From: Ekhidna sp.
GTDB lineage: Bacteria > Bacteroidota > Bacteroidia > Cytophagales > Cyclobacteriaceae
Direction: 5' to 3' (one strand)
NCBI GenBank assembly: GCA_963691765.1
Contig: OY829375.1
Length of the DNA: 64,000 nt
Shown: one piece after another, positions 42,760 through 53,165 of the stretch
How the letters are laid out: each line of letters opens with the position of its first letter
How positions within the stretch are numbered: position 1 is the stretch's first letter
Translations under genes and position numbers: made by a program
Notes under the pieces: model-generated
Told to the model about the DNA's origin: nothing
Databases searched by the model: none
What the model saw: the letters and a program-made list of their open reading frames with translations, nothing else

Positions 42760-44550
42760 ATGGCAAATCAAAAAAGTACATTTAGCACCATAATGATGAA
42801 GATCCTGGTGTGGCGTATTCGTCATGTCAGCGATAATAACTTCATGATGGTTACTGCCGGATTAATCGGACTTCTCGCAGGTCTCGCTGCAGTTGTTCTA
42901 AAAAGCACTGTTCATATCATTATCCAATATTTAGAGCTTAATCATACGCTTTTCAGCTTTGATTACTTCTATCTGGGTTATCCCCTGCTTGGAATCCTGC
43001 TTACCGTAGTTGCTTCAAAGTATATCTTCAAAGAGGGTTTAGGACATGGCATCACGCAAATACTATACGCCATATCCAAAAATTCAAGCGTCATTCGGAA
43101 AACGCGCATGTATTCCAGAATGGTCACAAGTGCCATTACTGTGGGTTTTGGTGGTTCAGTAGGACTCGAGGCCCCTATTGTTGTAACTGGTTCCGCCATC
43201 GGTTCTAACTTATCCCGACTATTCCATCTAGGCTATAAAAAAAGGACTGTGCTTTTAGGATGTGGTGCTGCAGGAGCTATTTCTGCTATATTCAATTCTC
43301 CTGTTACTGGGGTCATTTTTGCAATGGAAGTAATATTGACGGAAGTAAAAATTAGCAGGTTTATTCCACTGCTTATTGCTTCTGTATGCGGTCAGCTAGT
43401 AGCGCTCGTTTTATTAGGAGAAGATATCCTGTTTTCGTTCACGCTTACAGAAACATTCATTGCGAAAGAAACTGGCTACTACGTTTTGTTCGGAGCTGTT
43501 TGTGGTATCATCTCTTTGTACTTCACCAGGATGATGTATGTTTTTGAAGGAAGCATTGAAAAACTTAAAAACGACTTTGGGAGGGCTGCAGTTGGAGGAA
43601 TCTCATTAGCGCTAATCATTCTAACTTTTCCTCCAATCTACGGAGAAGGGTATGAAACCATTAAAAGTCTTTTGCAAGGGACTTCTTCAGACATTTTTCA
43701 CAACAGTTTTTTCGATCACCTATCAGATAGTCAAGCTTCCATTATTGTATTTCTGTTTTTCATTTTATTGGTAAAACCAATCGCAACAGCGTTAACAATA
43801 GGAGCTGGTGGTAGTGGTGGAATATTTGCGCCTTCATTGTTTATGGGAGGTCTATCAGGATATGTTTTCAGCAGCACATCTAATTCAATTTTAAATACTT
43901 CTTTAAGTACCAGTAATTTCACGCTTGTAGGTATGTGTGGAGTAATGAGCGGAGTGCTACATGCCCCACTTACCGCTATATTTTTAATTGCAGAAATCAC
44001 AAGCGGATACGTACTTTTTGTCCCACTGATGTTAGTGTCTGCAATTTCCTTCAGCACTATTTCATATTTTGAAAAGCACAGCATTTATACAAAACGGCTC
44101 ATTGAGACAGGCGACCTTATCCAATACGACAAAGATCAAATCGTTTTGAGTTTGATTGATCTCAAGAAAATCGTTGAAAAAGACTTACTCATCATACATC
44201 CTGAAGCAAACCTTGATGACTTAGTGAAGCTAGTGATGAAAAGTAATAGGAATATTTTTCCAGTTGTAAATGATCAAAAGGAACTGCAAGGAATCGTTAC
44301 CTTAGATGATATACGAGAAATGATGTTTGATGATGACTCGAGAAAGAACGTTATCATCAAAACAATAATGCAAAAACCCCCTGCAAGTGTATCCCCTCAG
44401 GAAAAAATGCAATCGGTCATGAATAAATTTGAGGTAACACAAGCTTGGAATCTTCCGGTTATAGATAATGGAGAATATGTTGGATTCATTTCTAAATCCA
44501 GGATTTTCAATGCATATCGTAAAAAACTCATACGTCAAACAGCTGAATGA
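42760..44550 (+). CDS. ClC-family chloride channel/antiporter with C-terminal CBS pair
   Basis: 596 aa. ClC selectivity-type blocks are GGSVGLEAP and GGIFAPSL. Two CBS-like repeats are present (NIFPVVNDQKELQGIVTLDDI, WNLPVIDNGEYVGFIS). Confidence 0.88.
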   Translation: MANQKSTFSTIMMKILVWRIRHVSDNNFMMVTAGLIGLLAGLAAVVLKSTVHIIIQYLELNHTLFSFDYFYLGYPLLGILLTVVASKYIFKEGLGHGITQILYAISKNSSVIRKTRMYSRMVTSAITVGFGGSVGLEAPIVVTGSAIGSNLSRLFHLGYKKRTVLLGCGAAGAISAIFNSPVTGVIFAMEVILTEVKISRFIPLLIASVCGQLVALVLLGEDILFSFTLTETFIAKETGYYVLFGAVCGIISLYFTRMMYVFEGSIEKLKNDFGRAAVGGISLALIILTFPPIYGEGYETIKSLLQGTSSDIFHNSFFDHLSDSQASIIVFLFFILLVKPIATALTIGAGGSGGIFAPSLFMGGLSGYVFSSTSNSILNTSLSTSNFTLVGMCGVMSGVLHAPLTAIFLIAEITSGYVLFVPLMLVSAISFSTISYFEKHSIYTKRLIETGDLIQYDKDQIVLSLIDLKKIVEKDLLIIHPEANLDDLVKLVMKSNRNIFPVVNDQKELQGIVTLDDIREMMFDDDSRKNVIIKTIMQKPPASVSPQEKMQSVMNKFEVTQAWNLPVIDNGEYVGFISKSRIFNAYRKKLIRQTAE

Positions 44551-44681
44551 TTATCATTTGATAAGCATCTGATTTACAGCGTATTAAATCATTGTATTTA
44601 GAGTTATCAACAAAATAGAATAACAAGTATTTTATTATAAGTCTCTGATAATCAGATCAATAACTTCAATTGATCGATTAA

Positions 44682-44710
44682 TGTGGATAACTTAACGTTT
44701 TTGTGGATAA
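44682..44710. promoter_or_regulatory. two perfect DnaA-box 9-mers (TGTGGATAA = complement of TTATCCACA) 20 bp apart
   Basis: The boxes are at 44682-44690 and 44702-44710 in the same orientation. A 1-mismatch box TTATCAACA is at 44604-44612. All lie inside a 400-bp AT-rich non-coding gap (44551-44950). Confidence 0.4.
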
Positions 44711-44950
44711 ATATCATTCGATTCATTTGCATAAATAATTGAGTCTGTTTTGAGTGTTATTTTCTAAATGCATAATGACATATTCCTATCAATAAGAAGA
44801 ACTTACTGTTAAAAATCAATGTATTATTTAAATATTAACAGTTTGGCATGAAATGAGTCTGTATGAAGAGGCACTTCTTTATATAGTACAATATTTATCT
44901 TTATGCCCAGAAATTGAATAAACCCTTAATGTTGTAAATTCGTATCCCTT

Positions 44951-45421
44951 ATGATGAAAAAATTAGCACTGGTTTTTTGTATCCTCGTATCAATGCATCT
45001 CACAGCCCAAGAAGTTGAAGTTGTTAAATTTTCTGAGCTACAAAAGAAAATTCTCTACACAGATGCTCCACTAACAGTATTTAATTTCTGGGCGACCTGG
45101 TGTGGTCCTTGCATTAAAGAGCTTCCGCATTTCGACGCTTTGGAATCTTCGAATGAGAATGTAAAAGTTTACTTAGTAAGTGTAGATTTTCAGAGTGAAA
45201 TCGAGCGTGTCAAAAAATTTGTTGCTAAAAAATCCTTTAAATCAGATGTGCTTTTTCTTGACGAAAAAGATCCAGATGATTACATGGGGAAAGTGAGCAG
45301 TAATTGGTCTGGAGCAATACCTGCTACGTTATTTGTCACTGACCTTGGCAAAACGTATTTCCATGAAAGTGCGTTTACTAAGGAAGAATTAGAAAAAACC
45401 ATCAATAAATACCTCAACTAA
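44951..45421 (+). CDS. TlpA-like periplasmic thioredoxin-fold thiol:disulfide oxidoreductase
   Basis: 156 aa with a signal peptide and the active site WATWCGPC. Confidence 0.85.
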   Translation: MMKKLALVFCILVSMHLTAQEVEVVKFSELQKKILYTDAPLTVFNFWATWCGPCIKELPHFDALESSNENVKVYLVSVDFQSEIERVKKFVAKKSFKSDVLFLDEKDPDDYMGKVSSNWSGAIPATLFVTDLGKTYFHESAFTKEELEKTINKYLN

Positions 45422-45422
45422 A

Positions 45423-46058
45423 ATGTCCAAAACCATGAAACGAACATTTATTCTAATTACCGGTATTTTGACCGTAATTGCTGTCTTATTTATTAATGCA
45501 TCAGAACCCCTTGCCGGATATGGTGTAGGTGATTATGCCAAAGATTTCAAATTAGAGAATATTGATGGTAAGAAAGTATCACTTTCCGACTATAGCGATG
45601 CCAAAGGTTTTATTGTAGTATTTACGTGCAATACTTGCCCTTTTGCCAAAGCATATGAATCTAGAATTATTGATTTAGATAAAAATTATGCAGCCAAAGG
45701 ATTTCCTGTTGTTGCCATCAACCCAAATGACATTGCTCAACAGCCTGGTGATTCTATGGATGAAATGAAGAAAAGAGCAAATGATAAAGGCTATTCATTT
45801 GCATATTTAAGAGATGACAGCCAGGAAGTGGCTAAAGCTTTTGGAGCGACTAAAACTCCACATGTCTACTTACTAAACAAAGAGTCAGAAGGCAAATTCA
45901 AAGTTGAATTCATTGGAGCTATTGATGATAGTCCAAATGACGCATCTGATGTTTCCGAAACTTATGTTGAAGATGCTATCAACTCACTACTTTCAGGTGG
46001 CAAGCCTTCTGTGACAGAAAAAAGAGCTATAGGATGCACCATTAAATGGAAAAGCTGA
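45423..46058 (+). CDS. membrane-anchored thioredoxin-fold (redoxin/AhpC-TSA-like) protein
   Basis: 211 aa with an N-terminal TM anchor and the motif FTCNTCPF. It starts 1 nt after the previous stop. Confidence 0.8.
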   Translation: MSKTMKRTFILITGILTVIAVLFINASEPLAGYGVGDYAKDFKLENIDGKKVSLSDYSDAKGFIVVFTCNTCPFAKAYESRIIDLDKNYAAKGFPVVAINPNDIAQQPGDSMDEMKKRANDKGYSFAYLRDDSQEVAKAFGATKTPHVYLLNKESEGKFKVEFIGAIDDSPNDASDVSETYVEDAINSLLSGGKPSVTEKRAIGCTIKWKS

Positions 46059-46072
46059 TAAACAAATCACAT

Positions 46073-46111
46073 AAAAAAAGCCCCAGTCTCTAAGAGATTG
46101 GGGCTTTTTTA
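46073..46111. terminator. bidirectional intrinsic terminator
   Basis: GCCCCAGTCTC-TAA-GAGATTGGGGC forms an 11-bp stem with one G.T pair. It is flanked by A7 and T6 tracts and lies between convergent genes. Confidence 0.85.
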
Positions 46112-46125
46112 TTTCTACTTAGGAG

Positions 46126-46425
46126 CTAATGAGCCATTGCTTTCTCCTTATGTTTTTTGAGCTGACGCCTCAATGCTTCTACAGCAGCATCCGCTCCGGC
46201 CTCAAAGGATCGTGCCTTTTCTTTTGAAAAGAACTGGTTCTTTGGCCCATTCAATTTTATCTCTACAATCTTATTTACGTTACTTTCATCTTTCTCTACT
46301 CTAAGGAATACCTCCCCATCGATGATTCTGTCATAGAAAGTTTCCAACTTATCAACTTTCTTCTGGATGAAATCGAGCAGTTTAGAATCTGCGTCGAAGT
46401 GAATGGAATGCATCTGTAACTTCAT
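46126..46425 (-). CDS. hpf: ribosome hibernation promoting factor / RaiA family
   Basis: The track start is GTG at 46434. The ATG at 46425 gives MKLQMHSIHFDADSKLLDFIQKKVDKLETFYDRIIDGEVFLRVEK. Confidence 0.88.
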   Translation of the reverse strand: MKLQMHSIHFDADSKLLDFIQKKVDKLETFYDRIIDGEVFLRVEKDESNVNKIVEIKLNGPKNQFFSKEKARSFEAGADAAVEALRRQLKKHKEKAMAH

Positions 46426-46450
46426 GTTTGTCACGTTTAAAGGTTATACA

Positions 46451-47335
46451 TTAAGCTTTCGGATGGGCCTGATCAAAGGCCGCTTTCAGCTTTTCTATTG
46501 AATTATGGGTATAAACTTGGGTAGCAGCTAGACTGGTGTGTCCCAATAAATCTTTCACTGCATTTAAGTCTGCCCCTTTATTTAACAAGTGAGTTGCAAA
46601 AGTGTGCCTCATCACATGAGGACTTTTCTTGCTTAAGGTAGTTACCGCACTCAGGTACTTATTGACCTTGCGATAAATAAACATCGGGTATAAAGATTCT
46701 CCTTTATCAGTCAGCAACAAATTCTCTCCTACCATACCCATTTCATTTTTAAGTTTCTGATAGTTACCTATCATCTCTATTAACGAATTCCCGATCGGTA
46801 TGATTCGCTCTTTATTCCTTTTTCCTAATACACGTATGGTATTTTCATAAAAATTAACATCTGATTCTTTTAATCCTTGTAGCTCAGCCAGGCGAATACC
46901 TGTAGAGTATAGAAGTTCAAGGAGCAGGCGGTCACGCTGACCAAAGAAGTCTGCTTCGAATTCCACTCTGTCGAGAAGCATCGTGATTTCATCCTCCTTT
47001 ACAAAAGTTGGAAGGTCTTTCTCAGTCTTTAAAGGCTTAATCTGAGAGGCAGGATTAGCTTCAATATATTCTCTTCCTAATAAAAATTTATAGAACGACT
47101 TGAGGGTAGCAATTTTTCTATTGACTGATTTTGGAGAAATTCCATTATCCATCAGCGTAACTATCCAACCTCTAATTTGGGGATGCTTCGCTTCCTCAAT
47201 GGAGTCTATCTCAAAATCGGATGATAAAAAATCAGAAAATTGCAGAAGATCTTTCCGGTACGCTTCTACCGTATGCTTGCTATAGCGTTTTTCAAAGGAA
47301 AGATATTTAAGGAAAGTCTCCACCATAAGCAGCAT
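46451..47335 (-). CDS. xerC: tyrosine recombinase XerC/XerD family
   Basis: Catalytic blocks are STGIRLAEL, HVMRHTFATHLLNKGADL and ATQVYTH. It lies between rpsU and hpf. The exact start is uncertain (GTG 47338 / ATG 47335 / ATG 47326). Confidence 0.85.
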   Translation of the reverse strand: MLLMVETFLKYLSFEKRYSKHTVEAYRKDLLQFSDFLSSDFEIDSIEEAKHPQIRGWIVTLMDNGISPKSVNRKIATLKSFYKFLLGREYIEANPASQIKPLKTEKDLPTFVKEDEITMLLDRVEFEADFFGQRDRLLLELLYSTGIRLAELQGLKESDVNFYENTIRVLGKRNKERIIPIGNSLIEMIGNYQKLKNEMGMVGENLLLTDKGESLYPMFIYRKVNKYLSAVTTLSKKSPHVMRHTFATHLLNKGADLNAVKDLLGHTSLAATQVYTHNSIEKLKAAFDQAHPKA

Positions 47336-47399
47336 CACCTCTGGAAATGAGGTGAATACTAACTTATTAAAATCTTAGGTGAAGAAGAAGGAGAAAAGG

Positions 47400-47594
47400 T
47401 TATTTATTTTCCTCGTCTCTTAGATGCTGGATGTATCGTGCTTTGATGATCTCTTCTCTTCTAGCCACAGAAGGCTTTTTGAAGTGAGTTCTTGATCTAA
47501 GCTCTCTTAATACACCTGTTTTTTCGAACTTCTTCTTAAATCTCTTAAGTGCTCTGTCTATTGACTCGTTCTCTTTAACGTTGATTATTAACAT
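47400..47594 (-). CDS. rpsU: 30S ribosomal protein S21
   Basis: The track ORF is N-extended. The ATG at 47594 gives MLIINVKENESIDRALKRFKKKFEKTGVLRELRSR... (64 aa). Confidence 0.93.
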   Translation of the reverse strand: MLIINVKENESIDRALKRFKKKFEKTGVLRELRSRTHFKKPSVARREEIIKARYIQHLRDEENK

Positions 47595-47615
47595 TTCAGA
47601 ATTTTTAATGGGCCG

Positions 47616-47623
47616 CAAATATA
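47616..47623 (-). promoter_or_regulatory. -7 promoter box TATATTTG for rpsU
   Basis: Perfect TAnnTTTG, 21 nt upstream of the ATG at 47594. Confidence 0.5.
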
Positions 47624-47646
47624 GCAGCAATTTTAATTCATTACAA

Positions 47647-48810
47647 TTATTGATTCAATAAGGTTCTTGATATTACAACCTTTTGAATTTCAGATGTTCC
47701 TTCTCCGATAGTACACAACTTAGCATCGCGATAGTACTTTTCAGCAGGATAGTCTTTCGTGTATCCATATCCACCAAAAATTTGCACTCCATCATTCGCA
47801 ACTTCAACGGCAATTTCTGAAGAGTAAAGTTTAGCCATCGCTGATTCTCTATTTACACTCTTACCTTGATTTTTCAATTCAGCCGCTTGATAGGTTAAAA
47901 GCTTTGCTGCTTCTACTTTTACTGCCATATCTGCAAGTTTGAATGAGATGCCTTGAAAACTCGCAATCGACTTTCCAAACTGCTCTCTTTCCTGAGAGTA
48001 TGCAAGTGCAGCATCGAGTGCTCCTTCTGCAATACCACAACCTAATGCAGCAATAGAAATTCTTCCACCATCTAATACTTTTAATGCTTGCACAAATCCA
48101 TCACCAACTTCACCAATTAGATTTTCTGCAGGAATTCTGCAATCTTCAAAAATCATTTCAGATGTCTCAGAAGCTCTCATCCCTAGCTTATCTTCTTTTC
48201 TTCCTTGCTTGAAGCCTGGATTGGTTCGCTCCACAATGAATGCACTTCCATTTCTAGATTTACCTGGCTCTCCAGTCCTTGCGATGACTACAGCAACATT
48301 TCCTGTATTGCCATGCGTAATGAAGTTTTTAGCACCATTTATTACCCACTCATCTCCTTCCTTTACAGCAACAGTTTTCATATTCCCTGCATCTGAACCT
48401 GTATTTGGTTCGGTAAGTCCCCATGCACCAATCCATTCACCAGAAGCAAGTTTTGGTAAATATTTTCTCTTTTGTTCTTCGCTGCCATGCTGAAGAATGT
48501 GACCTGTACATAGCGAGTTATGAGCAGCCATTGAAAGGCCTATCGATCCGTCAACTTTTGATAATTCTATAATTGCGGTAGCATATTCATGATACCCAAA
48601 CCCTGCGCCTCCATATTCTTGAGGAACCAATACTCCCATCAATCCAAGCTCGCCCATCTTGTGAAAGACGTCGGCAGGAAATTCTTGAGTTTCGTCCCAC
48701 TTCATTTTGTGTGGCTCTATCTCTTTCGAACAAAAATCGCGAACCATCTGAGCGATCATTTCTTTGTTCTCATTTATTTCTTCGGGGGATGTTAATGTTG
48801 CTGTTGACAT
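47647..48810 (-). CDS. acyl-CoA dehydrogenase
   Basis: 387 aa with blocks [15 protein letters not shown] and [15 protein letters not shown]. Confidence 0.92.
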   Translation of the reverse strand: MSTATLTSPEEINENKEMIAQMVRDFCSKEIEPHKMKWDETQEFPADVFHKMGELGLMGVLVPQEYGGAGFGYHEYATAIIELSKVDGSIGLSMAAHNSLCTGHILQHGSEEQKRKYLPKLASGEWIGAWGLTEPNTGSDAGNMKTVAVKEGDEWVINGAKNFITHGNTGNVAVVIARTGEPGKSRNGSAFIVERTNPGFKQGRKEDKLGMRASETSEMIFEDCRIPAENLIGEVGDGFVQALKVLDGGRISIAALGCGIAEGALDAALAYSQEREQFGKSIASFQGISFKLADMAVKVEAAKLLTYQAAELKNQGKSVNRESAMAKLYSSEIAVEVANDGVQIFGGYGYTKDYPAEKYYRDAKLCTIGEGTSEIQKVVISRTLLNQ

Positions 48811-48940
48811 TCTTTAAAACGTTTGTTTTAGTTCGGAACGCAAAATTACTAATCTTGTTCACCAAAAAATAGCTAAGGCTTATTTGAATTACTAAACAAG
48901 TTTTAGCTTTACGCCCCGTTAAAATTAAAAAAATACGAAA

Positions 48941-50251
48941 ATGAAAATTGCGGTTGTTGGAACAGGATACGTTGGACTGGTTACCGGTACATGTTTTGCT
49001 GAAACTGGTAACAATGTTACCTGTGTTGACATAGATGAAGAAAAAGTTAAAAAGCTCAACAATAAGCAAGTAACTATATATGAGCCAGGTCTAGAGGCTT
49101 TATTTGAAAGAAACATTAGACAAGGAAGACTTGAATTTACCACGAGTCTTAAAGAAGGTATTAAAGGTGCCCAAATCATCTTTTTGGCACTCCCAACGCC
49201 TCCAGGAGAGGATGGATCAGCTGATCTTCAATACGTTTTGAAGGTTGCTGAAGATCTTGGACCAATGCTAGAGGAATTTACCGTAATTGTCGACAAGAGT
49301 ACAGTTCCGGTTGGAACGGCAGAAAAAGTTACCGCCAAGGTAAAAGAGGGTGCGAAGGTAGATTTCGAAGTTGTTTCGAACCCTGAGTTCCTTAGAGAAG
49401 GGGTAGCTGTTGATGACTTCATGAAACCAGATCGTGTAGTGATAGGTGCTGAAGAGCCAAGATCTATTGAGTTAATGAAGAAATTATATGCTCCTTTTGT
49501 ACGTCAGGGCAATCCTATTCTTTTTATGGATGTTCGATCTGCTGAGCTAACAAAATATGCAGCCAACTCTTTCCTTGCAACCAAGATTACATTCATGAAT
49601 GAGATCGCTAATCTCTGTGAACTAATGGGCGCGGATGTTGACAAAGTGAGAAAAGGGATTGGTACTGATTCTAGAATTGGAAATAGATTCTTGTTTGCTG
49701 GAATTGGTTACGGAGGAAGTTGCTTCCCTAAAGATGTTCAAGCTCTTGCTAAATCATCTACAGAAGTAGACTATGATTTCCGAATCTTAAACTCCGTGAT
49801 GGATGTCAATCAAAAGCAGAAACAGAAATTAGTTGAGCCACTAAGCCAATACTTCGACAATGATCTTGCTGGAAAGACAATTGCTATATGGGGACTTGCA
49901 TTTAAGCCCTATACAGATGATATCCGTGAGGCTCCAGCATTAGAAAACATCCAAATATTACTTGACAAAGGAGCTAAGGTGAAAGCTTACGATCCAGAGG
50001 CGATGGAAAACGTAAAAGGGTTGTTTGGTGACAAAATCTATTTTGCAGAGAATCAATACGATGCACTTGAAGATGCTGATGCATTGATGATCATGACAGA
50101 GTGGCCAATTTTCAGAACTCCAGAATTTGATAAAATCACAACAACACTTAAAAATAAAGTGATTTTTGACGGTCGAAACCTTTATGATCTTTCTCAAATG
50201 GAAGAACTAGGATTTGAATACCATAGTATCGGTCGGAAGATCGTGAAATAA
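48941..50251 (+). CDS. ugd: UDP-glucose 6-dehydrogenase
   Basis: 436 aa with N-terminal VVGTGYVGLVTG and the catalytic block GYGGSCFPKD. Confidence 0.93.
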   Translation: MKIAVVGTGYVGLVTGTCFAETGNNVTCVDIDEEKVKKLNNKQVTIYEPGLEALFERNIRQGRLEFTTSLKEGIKGAQIIFLALPTPPGEDGSADLQYVLKVAEDLGPMLEEFTVIVDKSTVPVGTAEKVTAKVKEGAKVDFEVVSNPEFLREGVAVDDFMKPDRVVIGAEEPRSIELMKKLYAPFVRQGNPILFMDVRSAELTKYAANSFLATKITFMNEIANLCELMGADVDKVRKGIGTDSRIGNRFLFAGIGYGGSCFPKDVQALAKSSTEVDYDFRILNSVMDVNQKQKQKLVEPLSQYFDNDLAGKTIAIWGLAFKPYTDDIREAPALENIQILLDKGAKVKAYDPEAMENVKGLFGDKIYFAENQYDALEDADALMIMTEWPIFRTPEFDKITTTLKNKVIFDGRNLYDLSQMEELGFEYHSIGRKIVK

Positions 50252-50266
50252 AAAAACACATTCAAT

Positions 50267-50300
50267 AAAAAAGCCCTGACAATAATCAGGGCTTTTTTTA
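50267..50300. terminator. bidirectional intrinsic terminator
   Basis: AGCCCTGA-CAATAA-TCAGGGCT is flanked by A and T tracts and lies between convergent ugd and the DUF547 gene. Confidence 0.85.
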
Positions 50301-50319
50301 TGTGCTTGTCCTTGGAACC

Positions 50320-51057
50320 CTATTGCTCATTCAAGTCCCAGTTATAATCCATCCATGCAATTTTAGCATTCTTATCTAATTTGGTTGGAGCGTATTTATT
50401 AATGTATTCTATCAATGTCCCTTCGGTCTTGAAGTCACCTCCATACCAATTAAACAGCTTTGACAATGTGGCCTTATTTGAACTTATTTTATTCTTAGAA
50501 GGATTAGCAAGAAACTGCTTCGCCGCTTGAGTTAACTGTTCCTCCAATTTTTCTGGAGTATATGCTCGATTTTGCAATTTAGGGCATGAGACAGCCGCGC
50601 ATACCAGCGCAAAATGTATTCTAGGCTCATTAAATTCTTTTCTAATAATCCCATGCTCAATGTTGTTCAAATCGTATTCTTTGCCTCCAATGTTTATGAA
50701 TTTAACATCCCAGGCAGTACTTACAAAAGGTATTTTGATAGTCGATCCTATCTCTTTGATGCTTTTTACAGGATAATGCTCCAAAATCAAATCAAGCGTA
50801 TACGCATTGTATGCATTGATCCAATAAGTAAGTTTTTGATCCCTTGTCCATGACTTTTGAGGGGCATTATTCTCAAGAATAGCTAAGTAAGATTTAAGCT
50901 TGGCTCTGTCCTGCTTTAGACCTTTGTAATTGACAATTCCTTGATCATCGACATACTTTTGTAGAAGTTGATCAAAGCTATTGTGCGAAACGCCAGATTG
51001 ACCAAATGAAGAAATTGATAAAAGAATTGATGCCAAAAAAACTGTGAACTTGTTCAT
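50320..51057 (-). CDS. DUF547-domain protein (secreted)
   Basis: 245 aa with a signal peptide and the blocks YWINAYNAYTLDLILEHYP and IHFALVCAAVSCPKL. Confidence 0.75.
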   Translation of the reverse strand: MNKFTVFLASILLSISSFGQSGVSHNSFDQLLQKYVDDQGIVNYKGLKQDRAKLKSYLAILENNAPQKSWTRDQKLTYWINAYNAYTLDLILEHYPVKSIKEIGSTIKIPFVSTAWDVKFINIGGKEYDLNNIEHGIIRKEFNEPRIHFALVCAAVSCPKLQNRAYTPEKLEEQLTQAAKQFLANPSKNKISSNKATLSKLFNWYGGDFKTEGTLIEYINKYAPTKLDKNAKIAWMDYNWDLNEQ

Positions 51058-51171
51058 ATCATTTAAATTGTCAGATTAACACTAACCAAAACGTGCAACT
51101 TGCTAGATTGATTCGACTAGAACTAATTTAGTCGTATTACCAATGCAAGATGTACGCCAAAAGACAAAAAT

Positions 51172-53109
51172 TTGGAATCACTAGCTACGGATAAGGAACT
51201 TATAGTGCTAATTGCTGGATTTTTTGTGATTGCTATTTCAGCGAATCAAATAGCTAAGGCATTTCAGCGTGTTAGACTTCCGTTGATCACTGGGTTAATA
51301 TTCACAGGGTTGATCACTGGCCCATATATCATAGGATTAATACCAATATCAGCAAAATCAGGTCTTAATTTCATCAACGAAATCGCACTGGCATTTATCG
51401 CGTTTGCTGCTGGCGCCGAACTGTATTTACGTGAATTAAGAAGCAGAATAAGTTCTATTAAATGGAATACGTTTGGTCAGCTGGTAGTGACGTTTGTGCT
51501 TGGCACGATCGCTATTTTCTTTTTGAGTGATTTCATTCCGTATATGGCTGAGATGAATAATCCAGCGAAAATCGCTATTTCGATGATCACTGCCGCCATA
51601 TTTGTTGCAAGGTCACCTGCATCAGCAATTGCAGTTATTAACGAATTACGAGCAAAAGGTCCCTACGTTCAGACAGTCATGGGAGTGACTGTGGTGAAAG
51701 ACTTCCTCGTGATCATACTCTTTTCTATTTGTATTTCACTCTCTCAGGTTTTGATTTCCGGTACAGATTTCAACTTTATTGAACTGCTAATCTTGATCCT
51801 GGAACTTGGCCTTTCATTTGTTTTGGGATTCTTCGTTTATGGTTTTATTCTGAAGAAAACATTGGAGTGGAGAATTCGTCGATATTCAAAAACGGCGCTT
51901 GTGCTATTAATAGGATATTCTGCTTACCTGCTATCTTCTTTTGCAGATGAATGGTCCGAAGCACAATTTAACCATGGCATTCTCCTAGAACCTCTCTTAA
52001 TATGTATTCTAGCTAGTTTTCATGTTACCAATTATTCTAAATCAAGGCCCGAGTTTTTAAAAATCTTAGAGGATGTTAGCATCCCTATTTACGTGTGCTT
52101 TTTCACATTGACAGGCGCCACGTTTGCCTTAGATCAAATTGGAAATGTTCTTGGTGTGGCATTGATTTTATTTGTTGTCAGAACAGCCACAATGGTAATC
52201 GGCGGGTATACTGGAGGAATGCTAGCTAAGGATCCGATGAAATTTAATCATCTTGGCTGGATGCCATATATGACACAAGCTGGTGTGGCGCTGGGTTTGG
52301 CGACAGTTGTTTCGAAGGAATTCCCTGAGTGGGGTCCTCAATTTTCTACTGTAATCATCGCACTAATTGTCTTGAATCAATTCATTGGTCCACCATTATT
52401 CAAATGGGCGATTTATAAAGTAGGGGAAGATAGAAGCAAAGCTCCAACTCCGGAGTTTGATGGTATTCGAGATGCAACAATCATAGGATTCGAAAGTCAG
52501 TCCGTGGCGCTAGCCCATCAATTACTTGACAATGGCTGGGAGGTTCAACTTGCCACGAAAAAAGATATCGGTGATTTCCAAGAACCAGAAGGAATCAATA
52601 TGGTCTACCTGAAGAATTTATCTTTTGAGGAGTTGAAACGAGTAAATGCTGATAAATCTGAAGCCATTATCTGCATGCTGACTGACGAAGAAAATCTTCA
52701 GGTGTGTGAAATAGCCTACAACAAGTTTGGTACACGCGATCTAATAGTACGCTTGAATCAGCGTTTTTACTCACAAAAATTCCTTGCTCTGGGAGTTAAA
52801 ATTGTAGATCCTTCGACGGCAATTGTGAGTCTACTTGATCATTTTGTGCGATCGCCGCAAGCAGCCTCTCTCCTACTAGGTATGTCGAAAGGAAAGGACA
52901 CAAGAGATATAGAGTTGCTTAATCACGATTTACATGGTATAACACTCAGGGACCTTCGGTTGCCTGCAGATGTTATTATTCTATCTGTGGTAAGAGGTGG
53001 TCAAACCATCATCACGCATGGGTATACCCGTCTGCGATATAAGGATACTTTGACAGTTGTTGGATCGATTAAAAGCTTAAATGAGCTTCAGTTCAAATTT
53101 GATAAGTAG
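51172..53109 (+). CDS. CPA2-type cation:proton antiporter with C-terminal RCK (TrkA-N/TrkA-C-like) domains
   Basis: 645 aa. The start is TTG and uncertain, with no in-frame ATG nearby. It has an Na_H_exchanger-type polytopic N-half. The RCK-N lacks a clean GxGxxG (IIGFESQS). A TrkA-C-like end is present (LRDLRLPADVIILSVVRGGQ). Confidence 0.8.
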   Translation: MESLATDKELIVLIAGFFVIAISANQIAKAFQRVRLPLITGLIFTGLITGPYIIGLIPISAKSGLNFINEIALAFIAFAAGAELYLRELRSRISSIKWNTFGQLVVTFVLGTIAIFFLSDFIPYMAEMNNPAKIAISMITAAIFVARSPASAIAVINELRAKGPYVQTVMGVTVVKDFLVIILFSICISLSQVLISGTDFNFIELLILILELGLSFVLGFFVYGFILKKTLEWRIRRYSKTALVLLIGYSAYLLSSFADEWSEAQFNHGILLEPLLICILASFHVTNYSKSRPEFLKILEDVSIPIYVCFFTLTGATFALDQIGNVLGVALILFVVRTATMVIGGYTGGMLAKDPMKFNHLGWMPYMTQAGVALGLATVVSKEFPEWGPQFSTVIIALIVLNQFIGPPLFKWAIYKVGEDRSKAPTPEFDGIRDATIIGFESQSVALAHQLLDNGWEVQLATKKDIGDFQEPEGINMVYLKNLSFEELKRVNADKSEAIICMLTDEENLQVCEIAYNKFGTRDLIVRLNQRFYSQKFLALGVKIVDPSTAIVSLLDHFVRSPQAASLLLGMSKGKDTRDIELLNHDLHGITLRDLRLPADVIILSVVRGGQTIITHGYTRLRYKDTLTVVGSIKSLNELQFKFDK

Positions 53110-53151
53110 CAAAAAATTTGAGCCAAGAAGCTAAAAGAAAATAGCTAAATA

Positions 53152-53159
53152 TATCTTTG
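53152..53159 (+). promoter_or_regulatory. -7 promoter box TATCTTTG for glyS (near-leaderless)
   Basis: Perfect TAnnTTTG ending 6 nt before the ATG at 53166. Confidence 0.45.
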
Positions 53160-53165
53160 CGGGCT

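Noticed and set aside
46451-47335. Tyrosine recombinase as marker of an integrated mobile element
   Set aside because: It sits between rpsU and hpf in a compact housekeeping unit. It has no flanking direct or inverted repeats, no tRNA-adjacent junction and no cargo genes. This is consistent with the chromosomal XerC/D dimer-resolution enzyme.
48770-49179. Two minus-strand ORFs (99 and 84 aa) over the ugd start
   Set aside because: They are antisense to the ugd Rossmann-fold region and to the divergent promoter gap. No supporting features were seen.
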